The notes under the pieces were generated by a model that saw only the letters and a program-made list of their open reading frames with translations, ran no database searches and had not been told where the DNA came from. The position numbers and the translations under genes were made by a program. A stretch of DNA of 64,000 nucleotides from Squalus acanthias (lineage: Eukaryota): NCBI GenBank assembly GCA_030390025.1, contig CM059432.1, positions 107,386,001-107,450,000 of the forward strand. Reading direction: 5' to 3'. Below, piece after piece: positions 52,674 to 64,000 of the stretch (positions are counted from its first letter, which is position 1; every line of letters begins with the position of its first letter).

Positions 52674-53040
52674 CTTTTTTTAATCGTTCATGGGATGTGG
52701 GCGTCGCTCGCAAGTCCAGCATTTATTGCCCATCCCTAATTGCCGTTGAGAAGGTGATGGTGAGCCGTCTTCTTGAACCGCTGCAGTCCATGTGGTGAAG
52801 GTACTACCATAGTGCTGTTAGGGAGGGAGTTCCAGGATTTTAACCCAGCGATGATGAAGGAACGGCGATATATTTCCAAGTCAGGATGCTGTGCGACTTG
52901 GAGGGGAACTTGGAGGTGGTGGTGTTCCCATGCTCCTGCTGCCCTTGCCCTTCTAGGTGGAAGAGGTCGCGGGTTTGGAAGGTGCTGTCGAAGAAGCCTT
53001 GGCGAGTTGCTGCAGTGCACCTTGTCAATGGTACATACTG
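52674..53040 (-). mobile_element. 3' fragment of a CR1/L2-group LINE
   Basis: Poly-T on +, WNSLP and HHHLL ORF2 terminus on -. Second copy at 56749-57405. Confidence 0.7.
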
Positions 53041-53250
53041 TGGTTAACTTTATATATAAAGTTTTGTAATACGCTGTTTTCAGCTTGATAGTAGGGTGGA
53101 CGGGAGAGTTGGGGGCAGACATCATTGCTCCCGATTTGCAAATTCACAGGCGACTCATTTTAAATTACTGAAAATTGGGATGCCAAAAATATCTGGTCCG
53201 CGGTACTCAAGGTGTCAGCTTTGGCTCAGTGGCCACATCCTCGCCTTGAT

Positions 53251-56200
53251 TCATAGAATCATAGAATGGTTACAGCACGGAAGGCCATTCGGCCCATTGA
53301 GCCCGTGCCGGCTCTCTGCAAGAGCACCTCAGTCAGTACCACTCCCCACCCTTTCCCCGTAGCCCTGCAAATTTTCTTCCTTCAGGTACTTATCCAACTC
53401 CCTTTTGAAAGCCGTGATTGAGTCTGCCTCCACCACCCTTTCAGGCAGTGCATTCCAGATCTTAACCACTTGCTACGTAAAAAGTTTTTTCTTATGTCGC
53501 CTTTGGATCTTCTGCCAATCACCTTAAATCTGTGTCCTCTGGTTCTCGACCCTTCCGCCAATGGGAACAGTTTCCGTCTATCTACTCTGTTCAGACCCCT
53601 CATGAATTTGTACATCTCTATCAAATCTCCTCTCAATCTTCTCTGCTCCAAGGGGAACAATCCCAGCTTCTCCAGTCTACCCATGTAACTGAAGTCCCTC
53701 ATTCCTGGAATCATTCTCGTAAATCTTTTCTGCACCTTCTCTAAGACCTTCAGATCCTTTCTAAAGTGCAGTGCCCAGAATTGGACACAATACTCCAGTT
53801 GGGGCTGAACCAGTGTTTTATACAGGTTCATCATCATTTCCACGCGTTTGGACTCCATGGGCTGAATTTTACTTAATGAGACGAGTTGGGGGCGGGACTG
53901 CTGCCTTCTGGGTTCTAGTCCCACCCCCAGCGACGTCTGACGAACAGACGCTATTTAGCCCTGATTGGCCTTGTTAAGCCCACCCTGCAGGCTTGCCGGC
54001 CAATTAAGGGAAAGCCGGTGTCAGATGACGTCAGTTGATGATGCTTCACCTGCCGGTTTTCTTAAAGGCATATGCACCACACTTGTTTGACAGATGAATT
54101 GTCAGTGTTTGACAGCATTGAGGTGCTGTCAAACACTGACAATCACCGTACACAGGTGAGCCCTTGCACCCAGGCTCTCCAATTACTCTCTCCTTAGGAT
54201 AAAACAGATGGCAGCTGCAGCTGAGATTGCAGAAGCCATCTGTCACTTCTCCCGATGAGATGAGGCTACACAAACACTTCACAGCTTGTCACCTGCAGAA
54301 ACATCTAACCATATTAAAAATTACTTTCACAACATTTCCTTACCTCTGATACTAACCATTGTCCCATTGCATCCTTCACATCACTTCTGCAGCTGTCATC
54401 CAAACACCAACATAACAACAGACGCAACAGCACGCCTCACTTACCCTGGAGGGTTCCCCGACATCGGGAAGCCCGCAGCAGCAGTCGAAAAATTGGGAAA
54501 AGCCTCTTAACTGCCTGTTAACAGGCAGTTAAGTGGCTATAATCCTCTTCACGCCGCTAGGAGTCGGGTCCCTGCGTAAATTGGGGACCCGACTCCTGGG
54601 AAGATTGGTTGGAGGCGGGTTGGGGGCGGGTCGGACCCACTCCCATTCTTTTTGACTTTCCCAGCAGTCCCGCCTCCAAACCCGCCTCCTCAGGGATGGT
54701 AAAATCCAGCTCTATACCTCTATTCATGAAGCCCAGGATCCCATAAGCTTTTTTAACTGCTTTCTCAACCTGCCCTGCCACCTTCAACGATTTGTGCACA
54801 CATACCCCCAGGTCTCTCTGTTCGTGCACCTCCTTTAGGATTGTACCCTTTAGTTTATATTTCTTCTCTTCATTCTTTCTACCAAAATGTATCACTTCGC
54901 ACTTTTCTGTGTTAAATTTCATCTGCCACGTGTCCGCCCATTCCACCTGCCTGTCTATGTCCTCTTGAAGTCTATCACTATGCTCCTCACTGTTCACTAT
55001 ACTTCCAAGTTTTGTGTCATCTGCAAATTTTGAAATTGTGCCCTGTACACCCACATCCAAGTCATTAATATATATCAAGAAAAGCAGTGGTCCTAGAACC
55101 GACCCCTGGGGAACACCACTGCATACATTCCTCCAATCCGAAAAACAACCGTTCACCACTACTCTCTGTTTCCTGTCACTTAGCCAATTTTGTATCCATG
55201 CTGCCACTGTCCCTTTTATTCCACAGGCTTCAACTTTGCTGGCAAGCCTATTATGTGGCACTTTGCCCATCGCCTTTTGGAAATTCATGTACACCATGTC
55301 AACCCCATTGCCGTCATCAATCCTCTCTGTTACCTCATCAACAAACTCGATCAAGTTGGTTAAACACGATTTGCCTTTAACAAATCCATGCTGGCTTTCC
55401 TGAATTAATCCACACTTGTCCAAGTGACTGTTAATTTTGTCCCTGATTATTATTTCGAAAAGCTTCCCTATTACCGAAGTTAAACTGACTGGCCTGTAGC
55501 TGCTGGGTTTACCTTTACACCCATTTTTGAACAAGGCTGTAACATTTGCAATTCTCCAGTCCTCTGGCACCACCCCCGTATCTAAGGAGGATTGGTAGAT
55601 TATGGCCAGTACCTCCGCGATTTCTTCCTTCACTTCCCTCAGCGCCCTAGGATGCATCCCATCTGGTCCTGGTGACTTATCTACTTTAAGTACAGCCAGC
55701 TTTTCTAATACCTTGGTGAAGACAGATGCAAAGTCATTTAGCACGTCAGCCATACCCTCTGCCTCCATGCGTTGGTCTCCTTTTTGGTCCCTAATCGGCC
55801 CCACCCCTCCTCTTACTACCCGTTTACTATTTATATGCCTATAGAAGACTTTTGGATTCCCTTCTATTCTCATATCCTCTCTTTGCCCCTCCTATTTTCT
55901 TTTTCACTTCTCCTCTGAACTTTCTATATTTAGCCTGATTCTCAGATGTATTCTCGACCTGACATCTGTCAAACGCGCTCTTTTTCTGCTTCATCTTACT
56001 CTCTATCTCTTTCATCATCCAGGGAGCTCTGACTTTAGTTGCCCTACCTTTCCCCCTAGTGGGAATGTACCTCGACTGTACCTGAACTATTTCCTCTTTA
56101 AAGGCAGCCCATTGTTCGATTACAGTTTTGCCTGCCAATCTTTGATTCCAATTTACCCGGGCCAGATCTATTCTCATCCCACTAAAATTGGCCTTCCTCC

Positions 56201-56333
56201 AATTAAGTATTTTTACTCTAGATTGCTCCCTGTCCTTTTCCATATCCAATCTAAACCTTATGATACTATGATCACTGCTCCCTAAATGTTCACCGACTGA
56301 CACTTGCTCCACTTGACCTATCTCATTCCCTAG
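53251..56333 (-). mobile_element. 5'-truncated CR1 LINE inserted into a SINE head
   Basis: SDHS, GVPQGSVLGP and FADD on the minus strand. Tail catagaatcatagaat on +. Confidence 0.9.
53859..54712. mobile_element. Non-autonomous DNA transposon related to 43434-44267, inserted in CR1
   Basis: TIRs gggctgaatttt / aaaatccagctc and TSD CAT/TAT. Shared internal motifs gctgtcaaacactgaca and cctgttaacaggcagttaa. Confidence 0.8.
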
Positions 56334-56748
56334 AAGGTCGTGGGCTCAAGTCCCACTCCAGAGACCTGAGTAGCACTGTCGGAGGTGCCGTCTTTTGGAT
56401 GAGACATTAAACCATCTGCCCTCTCAGGTGGACGTAAAAGATCCCATGACACCATTCGAAGAAGACCACGGGAGTTCTCCCAATGCCCTGGCCAATATTT
56501 ATCCCTCAACCAACAACATTAAAACAGATTAACTGGTTGCTGTTCGTGGGAACTTGCTGTCCGTGTTTCCTACATTACAACAGTAACTACACTTCATTGG
56601 CTGCGAAGTGCTTTGGGACGTCCTGAGGTTGTGAAAGATGATATACAATGCAAGTTCTTCATTACTCAACACCCGATCCTCCAACCTGCAGTCGCGTCAT
56701 TTGAGGCTCTGCAGCCAGAGTGTAGTCTTGTAAAGTTTACCTTCCTTG

Positions 56749-57405
56749 CTTTTTTTTATTCATTCACGGGGTATGGGGATCGCTGGCAAGGCCAGCATTT
56801 ATTGCTCAATCCTAATTGTCCTTGAGAAGGTGGTGGTGAACTGTCTTCTTGAACTGCTGCAGTCTGTGTGGTGTAAGTACTCCCATAATGCTGTTAAGGT
56901 GGGAGTTCCAGGATTTTGACCCAGCGACAATGAATGAACGACAATATATTTCCAAGTAAGGATGGTGTGTGACTTGGTGGAGAACTTGGAGGTGATGGTG
57001 TTCTCATGCACCTTGTCTTTCTAGGTGTAGAGGTCGTGGGTTTGGGAGGTGCTGTCAAAGAAGCCTTGGAAGGAAGGTCATTGATGAAGCAGCTGAAGAT
57101 GGTTGGGCCTAGGACACTGCCCTGAGGAACTCCTGCAGCGATGTCCTGGGGCTGAGATGATTGGCCTCCAACAACCACAACCATCTTCCTTAATGCTAGG
57201 TATGACTCTAGCCAGTGGAGAGATTTCCCCCCTGATTCCCATTGACTTCAGTTTTACTAGGGCTCCTTGATGCCACACTGTCAAATGCTGCTTTGATGTC
57301 AAAGGCAGTCACTCTCACCTCACCTCTGAAATTCAGCACTTTTGTCCATGTTTGGACCAAGGCTGTAATGAGGTCTGGAGATGAGTGGTCCTGGCGGAAC
57401 CCAGA
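56749..57405 (-). mobile_element. Internally deleted CR1/L2-group LINE fragment
   Basis: GVPQGSVLGPTIFSCFINDLPS is joined directly to the 3' region shared with 52674-53040. Confidence 0.75.
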
Positions 57406-57529
57406 GTTTTAGGGTTTTAGGTAGGGTATCGTCCTCCAATTGAAATATTAATAGCGGAGTTTCTAAATAAAACTAACTCACCTTTTGTGGTGTTATTCAC
57501 AATGAAACATTGTTTTTTAGTTATTGAGT

Positions 57530-57735
57530 AAAGAAAGAACTTTCATTTATATAGTGCCTTTAACGACCTCAGGATGTTCCAAAGCGCTTCACAGTCAATG
57601 AAGTACTTTTGAAGCGTAGTCACTGTTGTAATGTAGGAAATGCGGTAGCCAATTTGTGCACAGCAAGCACCCACAAACAGCAATGTGATAAATGACCAGA
57701 TCATTTGTTTCAGTGATGTTAATTGAGGGACAAAA
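57530..57735 (-). mobile_element. Deu SINE 3' portion
   Basis: Homologous to 6005-6205. Confidence 0.7.
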
Positions 57736-58164
57736 TTCTAGTTGTGGCAGCACCTCACTCGACAAGCTGCTTCTGGAAATGTTTAAAGGAAAACTGCATC
57801 TCCCCATTTTCTTATATCTGTACTTCTGCCCATTATAGAAACTGCCCACAATGGGAATGAAAATCAGGCAGGTTCTATAACGGGTGGACAATCAGCCAAG
57901 CCAGTGCACCACCCAAGTGGTGAAGATATAAATTACCCACTAGGTATTTTTGGCTCTTGTGTTTCAGACTGTTCCCCTAAGTGAGCCTTAGCTCCCTATG
58001 TCCTTAAGCGTGCCGATATCTAGGTAAAATATCATAGAGTGCCAGGGATAATGAGCAGAGACTACTTTAACTACTGGTTCTACCCCATGGCTCTGCGGGA
58101 TCCGCCATGCCTTCAAAAGTGGCAGATGGAGACAGTAGACCTTGTTTTGAGCTTTATCTGCCAA

Positions 58165-58330
58165 CAAAATTTATTAAACTGAGATTGATAGATTTTTTGT
58201 GAGGCAGGGGTATTAAGGGTTATGGAACCAAGGCAGGTAAATGGAGTTAAGATACAGACCAGCCATTATCTAATTGAATGGTAGAACAGGCTCGAGGGGC
58301 TGAATGACCTACTGCTGTTCCTATGTTCCT
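58165..58330 (+). mobile_element. CR1 3' terminal fragment
   Basis: gagattgatagattttt...ggctcgaggggctgaatg...cctatgttcct matches the other CR1 3' ends. Confidence 0.75.
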
Positions 58331-58858
58331 AAACAGGGCAATGGGCTTTAAGGCGGTGAATTGCCTCGAAAATCGGAATCTGTGTTCCACTGAAGGCCTC
58401 GGCCAAGAGCAGGGCCATCAGCAGGTAAGGGTTAGAGGCAGAATGGAGGGAGAGGAAAGCCACTACAAGGAGGCTACAGGGAAGCGGCTGTAACACAGGC
58501 AGGCGGGAGAGAAGTCTGTCGGGGGTCCCAGACTCCCCGCTCCCCCCACACCGCCACCATTTACATGCAGTGGGTGGGGAAGGAGAGACCTTTGGCAGTC
58601 CTGGTGGGGTTGAGTGAAGGGAAATACAGATGCAGAGAGGGAGACACAGGTGGTGAGTCAGCAGCAAGCCTCAATCCCTGAAATCTCTTTCATTTCCCAC
58701 TGCTCTCCCATCCAATTCGGGCTAGGGTCCCAGAGGAGAATTCCAGCCAGTGTCTTACATGAGCAACAGGGAATCTTAGAACTATTGTAAAAATAAGTTA
58801 AAATAAGAAATATCACTTTTAAAATCAGGACAATAAAATGAATAATATAACATGGTAC

Positions 58859-59042
58859 CTCTTGCTTCTTTTACTAAGTCTGCTTGCTCTTCATAAGGTG
58901 GCCTTTCTCCGGAAGTGCCCGATGTAGTCATCTCCTGGATTACAGCTTCCAGTTGTCCTGAGGAAACCTCGATCTCCTCTATGACGGAAGCTTCAGTGGG
59001 GGGCTCTTTGACTGGCCCACTGAATACATTTGCATCAATCAC
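58859..59042 (-). CDS. COL15A1: Internal exon of a multiplexin collagen (COL15A1-like), non-collagenous acidic region: VIDANVFSGPVKEPPTEASVIEEIEVSSGQLEAVIQEMTTSGTSGERPPYEEQADLVKEAR(G)
   Basis: Minus strand: polypyrimidine acceptor tatttttgttctttttag|GTG and donor AGAG|gtacca. 184 nt, phase 0 to 1, matching the phase-1 start of the exon at 50461. Acidic Ser-Gly motifs resemble the GAG-attachment region of collagen XV. COL15A1 versus COL18A1 is from recalled similarity only. Confidence 0.7.
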
Positions 59043-59164
59043 CTAAAAAGAACAAAAATACATTTCAAAAACCATAAACTAGGACTGCAGTGGATATCTT
59101 TAATGCACCATTTAACTCTAGCTAGACACTTCATAGCACCTCACACTACACCAGAGTCAATGGA

Positions 59165-59480
59165 CAACAACGTACATTTATATCGGTGCCTCACAAATGG
59201 AATTGAATGCCGAGGCAGGGAGGAGATATTAGGTGGGGTGACCAAAGGCACAAATGAAAAGAAAGTTTTGGAGAAGGCTTTTAAAGGAGAGAGAAGTGGT
59301 GAGACTGAGAGGTGATGGCAGGAAATTCCAGAGAGTGGGGCTGAGTCTGCTGAAGGCTGCTCCACCAATGGTAGGGTGAGGGGAGGACACACTAAAGAGC
59401 AGACTCAGCACGTGGGGGATATGAGGCTGAAGGAGATTGAGGAGATAGGGTGGGGCAAGGCTATGGAGGGATTTGATGTC
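59165..59480 (-). mobile_element. Old L2 3' fragment
   Basis: TIGGAAFSRLSPTLWNFLP and SFKSLL on the minus strand, similar to 39030-39280. Confidence 0.6.
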
Positions 59481-59489
59481 AAGGACAAA

Positions 59490-60249
59490 GGGGGAAAAAT
59501 TCAGCTGCTTGCGCCTCCCGTTAGCGCCTTAAGAGGGCGCTAATGGGGCGTAAAGCAGCTAACGCCCGGGCGCAGCGCCGCCCACGCCTCACGAAAAATT
59601 TAGTGGGAGGTTAGCGGCGGCGGCAGCCGGTAGCGCCCTGTGGCGCTGCGCCGCCGGCGATGACGTCATCGCCGTGCGCAGCACCCCGCTCGCGCCCCGG
59701 CCGTGATCTTCAGTCGCGCCCCCTGATTTACCGCCAGACGCTATGTCCGACGGGTTCAGGGAGGCGTACGTGCGGCCGGGGCGGCGATATTTAAAGCGGA
59801 GGTGGCAGGCGGCCATTTTTGTTGCTGGCCGCCTGCCAGCACCTGTCCCCGGCCCCGTGAAGCCCCCCCACCGTGAAGTGCCGGCTGCGCTCCAAGAGCC
59901 CGGCACTTCTCTTGAGTGCCGGGCTCTTTTGCCGGCACTCCCGATCCCTGGGGGCCCAGCTGGGCCCCGGTTCGCGCTGCGCCGGGTCCCTCCCCTTTAA
60001 GAAGGGGAGGAAGGCCTGCAATACCGCGGCGCGACGTGCCGCAGCGCGTGGCGCTGCGGCACGTAGCGCCAGGATATTCACTCGCAGCGCCCCAAGAGGG
60101 ATGCGGGGTGCTTCCAGTTGCGCCCCGCTTCCCTCTTGGGGCGCAACCACTGAAGTTCCGGCGCGGGGCCGCTAATTTTTTCGGGGCGCTAAAAGTCGCG
60201 CCCCGGCGAGGTTAGCGCCCCAAATGGGGCGCGACTCAATTTTTACCCC
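59490..60249. mobile_element. GC/CpG-rich non-autonomous DNA transposon (younger copy)
   Basis: TIR gggggaaaaatt / aatttttacccc and TSD AAA. Homologous to 48759-49440. Confidence 0.8.
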
Positions 60250-60574
60250 AAAGAGTTTAAATTTAACACATCATAGAACGGAGGGGGAGGTGAAAGAGTG
60301 GAATCATTCTCTAATATTGCTGGTCTTTAAATAACTGTGAATGCACAAAGTTCACTTTACGCTGTACTTTTAACTTCCATCGTAACACTGTTTCCATCAT
60401 GTGAAGCAGAGCCCACTGGTTCTAAATGTTGAGTTCGGTTTAAAGTAACCTTGTAGGGGTTCAGACAACAAGAAGCTTTATTCTAATATTTATTTTCCAC
60501 CAACAAACATCAGAAGTGTATTTTATAAAGACAACACAGCATTTACAGAGCAGCCTAAGATCTGAGTTCTAATG

Positions 60575-60742
60575 TGACCGGGCATTGGGTGCTCATTCCA
60601 GACTGACCGGGCATTGGGTGCTCATTCCAGACTGACCAGACATCAAGGTCTCCATTCCAGACTGACCAGACATCCGAATTTCCATTTGAGATTGACAAGG
60701 CATCAGGATTTCCATTTAAGATTGACCACGCATTAGGATCTC
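60575..60742. repeat. Short 29-30 bp tandem repeat, about 6 copies
   Basis: tgaccgggcattgggtgctcattccagac occurs twice exactly, then diverging copies follow. Confidence 0.85.
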
Positions 60743-60904
60743 TGTGATAAATGGCCAGTTAATTTTTTCTAATGGTTTCTAATGGTGTTTATTGTAAGAA
60801 TAAAAATTGGCCAGGACACCAGAAGAGCTCCTGTGCTCTTCCTCAAATAGTGTTATGGTCTCTTTTATGTTCATGTGAGAAGGCAGACGGGACCTTGATT
60901 TAAT

Positions 60905-61763
60905 GGCCCAGGAATTGCTGGAGTGACGCATCTCATGGTGAGCACCATAAATTGGATTTTTGTTATTTTTGCGTCGCAAATTGCTGGAAATGCGAATTGA
61001 TAACAGCGCGGCGACGTCAACAGTACATCTGGAACCTCGTGAATGTCGGGTCCAATGGTCTATCTCCTTAACCAATTAAATTTAAGGATAGAGAAAGAAA
61101 CAGAGCGAATGATGGAGAAGGAAATAGGGTGAATTAGAGTCAAATTAGATACAGAAGGAGAAATAAAAAGAAGGAAAGAGTGTGAATTAAGGGAGAGAGA
61201 GAAAAAGAGTCAGAAGGAAAAGTAAGGAAAAATAAAAAGTATTTTTTATTAAAAAAAACCTCTAGGAACATGTTACTACCTGCAGGAGTGAGACGCCACA
61301 GTTTCTGGGCCTCCAAGGTTGAATGTCATGTCAGGACCATAAATCATGTCATTAACAGGGTCCTTACGACATGTTAAATGGCTACGGCGAGATTAATTTG
61401 TATTAACGCGTAAATCCAGCAATTTCATGACACTCAGTGGGGGGGAGTTTGAACCCTCCATGGTGGGCGGTAGAGGGCTGGGGAGGTGGGGTGTTAAAAT
61501 TTCAAAAATCAGAAACCCAACCCCAACCCGCCTCAAACACGCCCATTTCTGGTTTTAATAGAGGTTTTAACCGATAATTTTTGGGGCCAATGTGTTGGCG
61601 GGATGGCAAGTTTTTCCGTTTTGGCAAGGCTAACGGCCAGCAATTTGTGGAGAATTGGAACTCACAGCATATCTTTTCTTTGCCACAAATTGCTGGGTTT
61701 TTTACGCACTAATAATAGTGGGCGCCGTTAACTCGCCATTATTTTTCCAGCAATTTCTGGGCC
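60905..61763. mobile_element. Non-autonomous DNA transposon inserted in a minus-strand Deu SINE (SINE parts ~60780-60904 and 61764-61895)
   Basis: 18-bp TIR GGCCCAG(G/A)AATTGCTGGA (17/18 match) and TSD AAT. Confidence 0.85.
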
Positions 61764-62975
61764 AATCTCTGATCCAAAAAATGGCACCTCCGACAGTAAA
61801 GCACTCACTCAGTACTGCACTGAAGTGACAGCCTAAATTATGTGCTCGAGTCTCTGGAGCAGTGAGAGTGCTACCACCAAACTGTGGCTGACACATCATA
61901 AATTAATCTATTGTTGGCTGTGATATTGCTTCACACCAGACAGCAAGGGGTTAATGCTAGAAGGCTGGCCAATAAAGCAACATCTTACAGATGATCAGGA
62001 GGGCACATTATCGGATTGTGGGTAATGGGGGATGTTGCACAGTATTGTAAATTGGGATTACTGGGAACAGAATTGAAACAGGCAATTCAATACCTTAGAC
62101 AGAAGATGTTGGGTTAAGTGCTTAAGAGGGGGTTTTGCATTTCTGTGGGTGCTAGCCTGTAATTTGATGTCCATTCATTTTAAATGGCAAACAAATCACA
62201 GGATGGCGAGTGTGGAAGTAGAAAATCCAGGCTTTAGTTAAAGATGGTTTACAAATCCAGCTCATTAGCATTTGGCCTAAATGTCCCTAATTAGAGGTTT
62301 ACATACTAGAGCGTAATTTGCACAGCGGAACACTAATTATAGCCTGGTTCACAGCACGCATCAGATCTGATTTTGTGGCCCAAGGGGAGGTTTGATGCAA
62401 TCATGAAGGAGAAAGGAAGAGAGGGATACAGGGGCAGGGTGGGAAGAGGTAATTAGAGTGTGAGGAGGCTTGTGTGGGGTATAAACACCGTCATAGACCA
62501 GTTGGGGTGAATCAGCAGTTTCTGGGCTGTAGATTGTATGTATTGGATACAATATTAACCTGAATGGCAGACCCACTGTCAGCAGACTTAGAACCACTTC
62601 TGTTACTCCATGGATCCATCCCTTGGCTGTGTCCAACAGGTGTTCATGGTGTCTCCAGTGCATTTTAGAGATCCAGTTCACAAAGGTACATCAAGCTCAT
62701 TTCTCTGACCAACCCTACCAGCAATCCAGAACTTTTTCTTATGTTGGCTGTGAGTTGATCTCTCAAGGATACCGTAATGAACCACCACTTGGCTAAGTGT
62801 ACCTCTGCCATATTGAGAGGGGTTTCCTGATTACAGTGGAAATTAAAATTGGGCGGTTTCTGTAATGGGCGGCCGACCCACAATGCCAGTTTTACACCTG
62901 GGCTGCAAGTTGAAAATCTACCCCACTGAGTCCAAATTAACCCAGAGACGGGACCGTGGCATGCGAGGGCATTAG

Positions 62976-63100
62976 CAAAGAAAGACTTGCATTTATATAG
63001 TGCCTTTCATAACCACCGGACGTCTCAAAGCGCTTTACAGCCAAAGTACTTTTGAAGTGGAGTCACTGTTGTAATGTGGGAAACGCAGCAGCCAATTTGC
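62976..63100 (-). mobile_element. Deu SINE 3' tail fragment
   Basis: Homologous to 6005-6125. Confidence 0.7.
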
Positions 63101-63852
63101 CAAACGCGCCGGGTTTCCCGCAGACCCTGCTGACTTTAACGGCCGGGCCTGATTTGAATGCGAGGCCTCAGATTCCCGCCTGCAGCCAGGCAGATTGAGA
63201 GGCTGGCTGGCTGCGGACGGGTAGGCCTCAGATGTGAGGGGTTGGCATGGTCGGGGATCGTGGGGGGAGTCGGGGATCGTGGGGGGGGGGTCGGAGATCA
63301 GCATGGCAGTATCGGGGATCAGGAGTGGGGACAGGATCAGGGGGGCGCCGGGGGGGTTGGCCGGGGATCGGGGATCAGGAGGGGGGTTGGAGGATCGACA
63401 GGTGATTGGGGATCAGATGGGGGGGGTTGGGGATCGCGGGGGGTCGACGGTGGTGGGGTTTCGGCCAGAGTATCGGTGGGGGGGAGGGGGGAGAAGAGAG
63501 GATCGGGGCCGGCCTCATGGTGGGGATCAGAGGCCTGGGGAGATGATCGGAGACCCAGGGGGTCTCTGATCACTGGGGTGGGTATGGTCAGGACCCTGGA
63601 TCCAGGAGGTAGGTGTAAAGCCACTTACCTCCTGGATGCAGCAGTCCCCGCCTCTGTTTAACTGCTGGGTTTCACTAATTGTGTGAAACCCATCCCCATG
63701 CAGTTAAATTCAAAATGGAGGTTAAAAAAAGAGGCTTCCAGCCTTATTACAATATTTAAATTGACGTTTTGCCCCCTAGGAGCGGGTTGGTCGCCCGCCC
63801 TCCATCCCGCCTCCGTCAAAACCTGAAGTGGGCGGATGTGGCCCTCCAGCCC
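63100..63852. mobile_element. Probable DNA transposon remnant with an internal G-rich (GGGGATC)-type low-complexity tract
   Basis: GC-rich and ends in ccagccc like the other TIR ends. No left TIR or TSD found. Confidence 0.35.
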
Positions 63853-64000
63853 AAATAATTGCTCACCCTGTCCTAGAGAGTGCAGCACTGAAGGAGGCCC
63901 TTCGGTCCATTGTGTCAACTGGTGCTAGCACTTCAGCTGCAGCTAAAGCTCCTATTTTAATGGTGGGCGGGAACAGTGCACACGAACACTGAAGGGGGCG

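Larger units (their letters stand above)
53211..56660 (+). mobile_element. Deu-domain SINE split by a CR1 (53211-53253 + 56331-56660)
   Basis: A-box part tggctcagtgg lies left of the CR1. B-box part, Deu core and tail lie to the right. Confidence 0.7.

Noticed and set aside
57405..57428. Telomere-like tttaggg motifs
   Set aside because: There are only 2-3 imperfect units, compatible with chance or filler at a LINE junction.
63158..63661. Gly-rich and Pro-rich ORFs resembling collagen
   Set aside because: They have no Gly-X-Y periodicity or splice sites and derive from a G-rich low-complexity tract.

Overview
Eukaryotic, repeat-dominated DNA. The mix of CR1 and L2 LINEs, Deu-domain tRNA SINEs, Penelope-type termini and GC-rich DNA transposons suggests a cartilaginous fish (inference). 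Three phase-compatible minus-strand exons (59042-58859, 50461-50358, 40104-40078) encode an acidic Ser-Gly region running into Gly-X-Y repeats, resembling a multiplexin collagen (COL15A1-like; COL18A1 not excluded). The rest appears intronic. A ~31 kb 22/24-bp satellite (7079-38445, with a 328-N gap) contains a young, nearly intact CR1. There is also a 16-bp minisatellite, nested CR1 clusters and several non-autonomous transposons with 3-bp TSDs. Most notable: (1) a phase-correct U_UUA_AAC slippery heptamer at the CR1 ORF1 stop, with no AUG available for the ORF2 endonuclease, suggesting -1 ribosomal frameshifting; (2) minimal hammerhead ribozyme motifs, including a head-to-head palindromic pair with a 13-bp TSD; (3) a satellite that would put about a thousand consensus GTGAGT donor sites on the collagen sense strand. 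All calls are by eye; no database searches were run.
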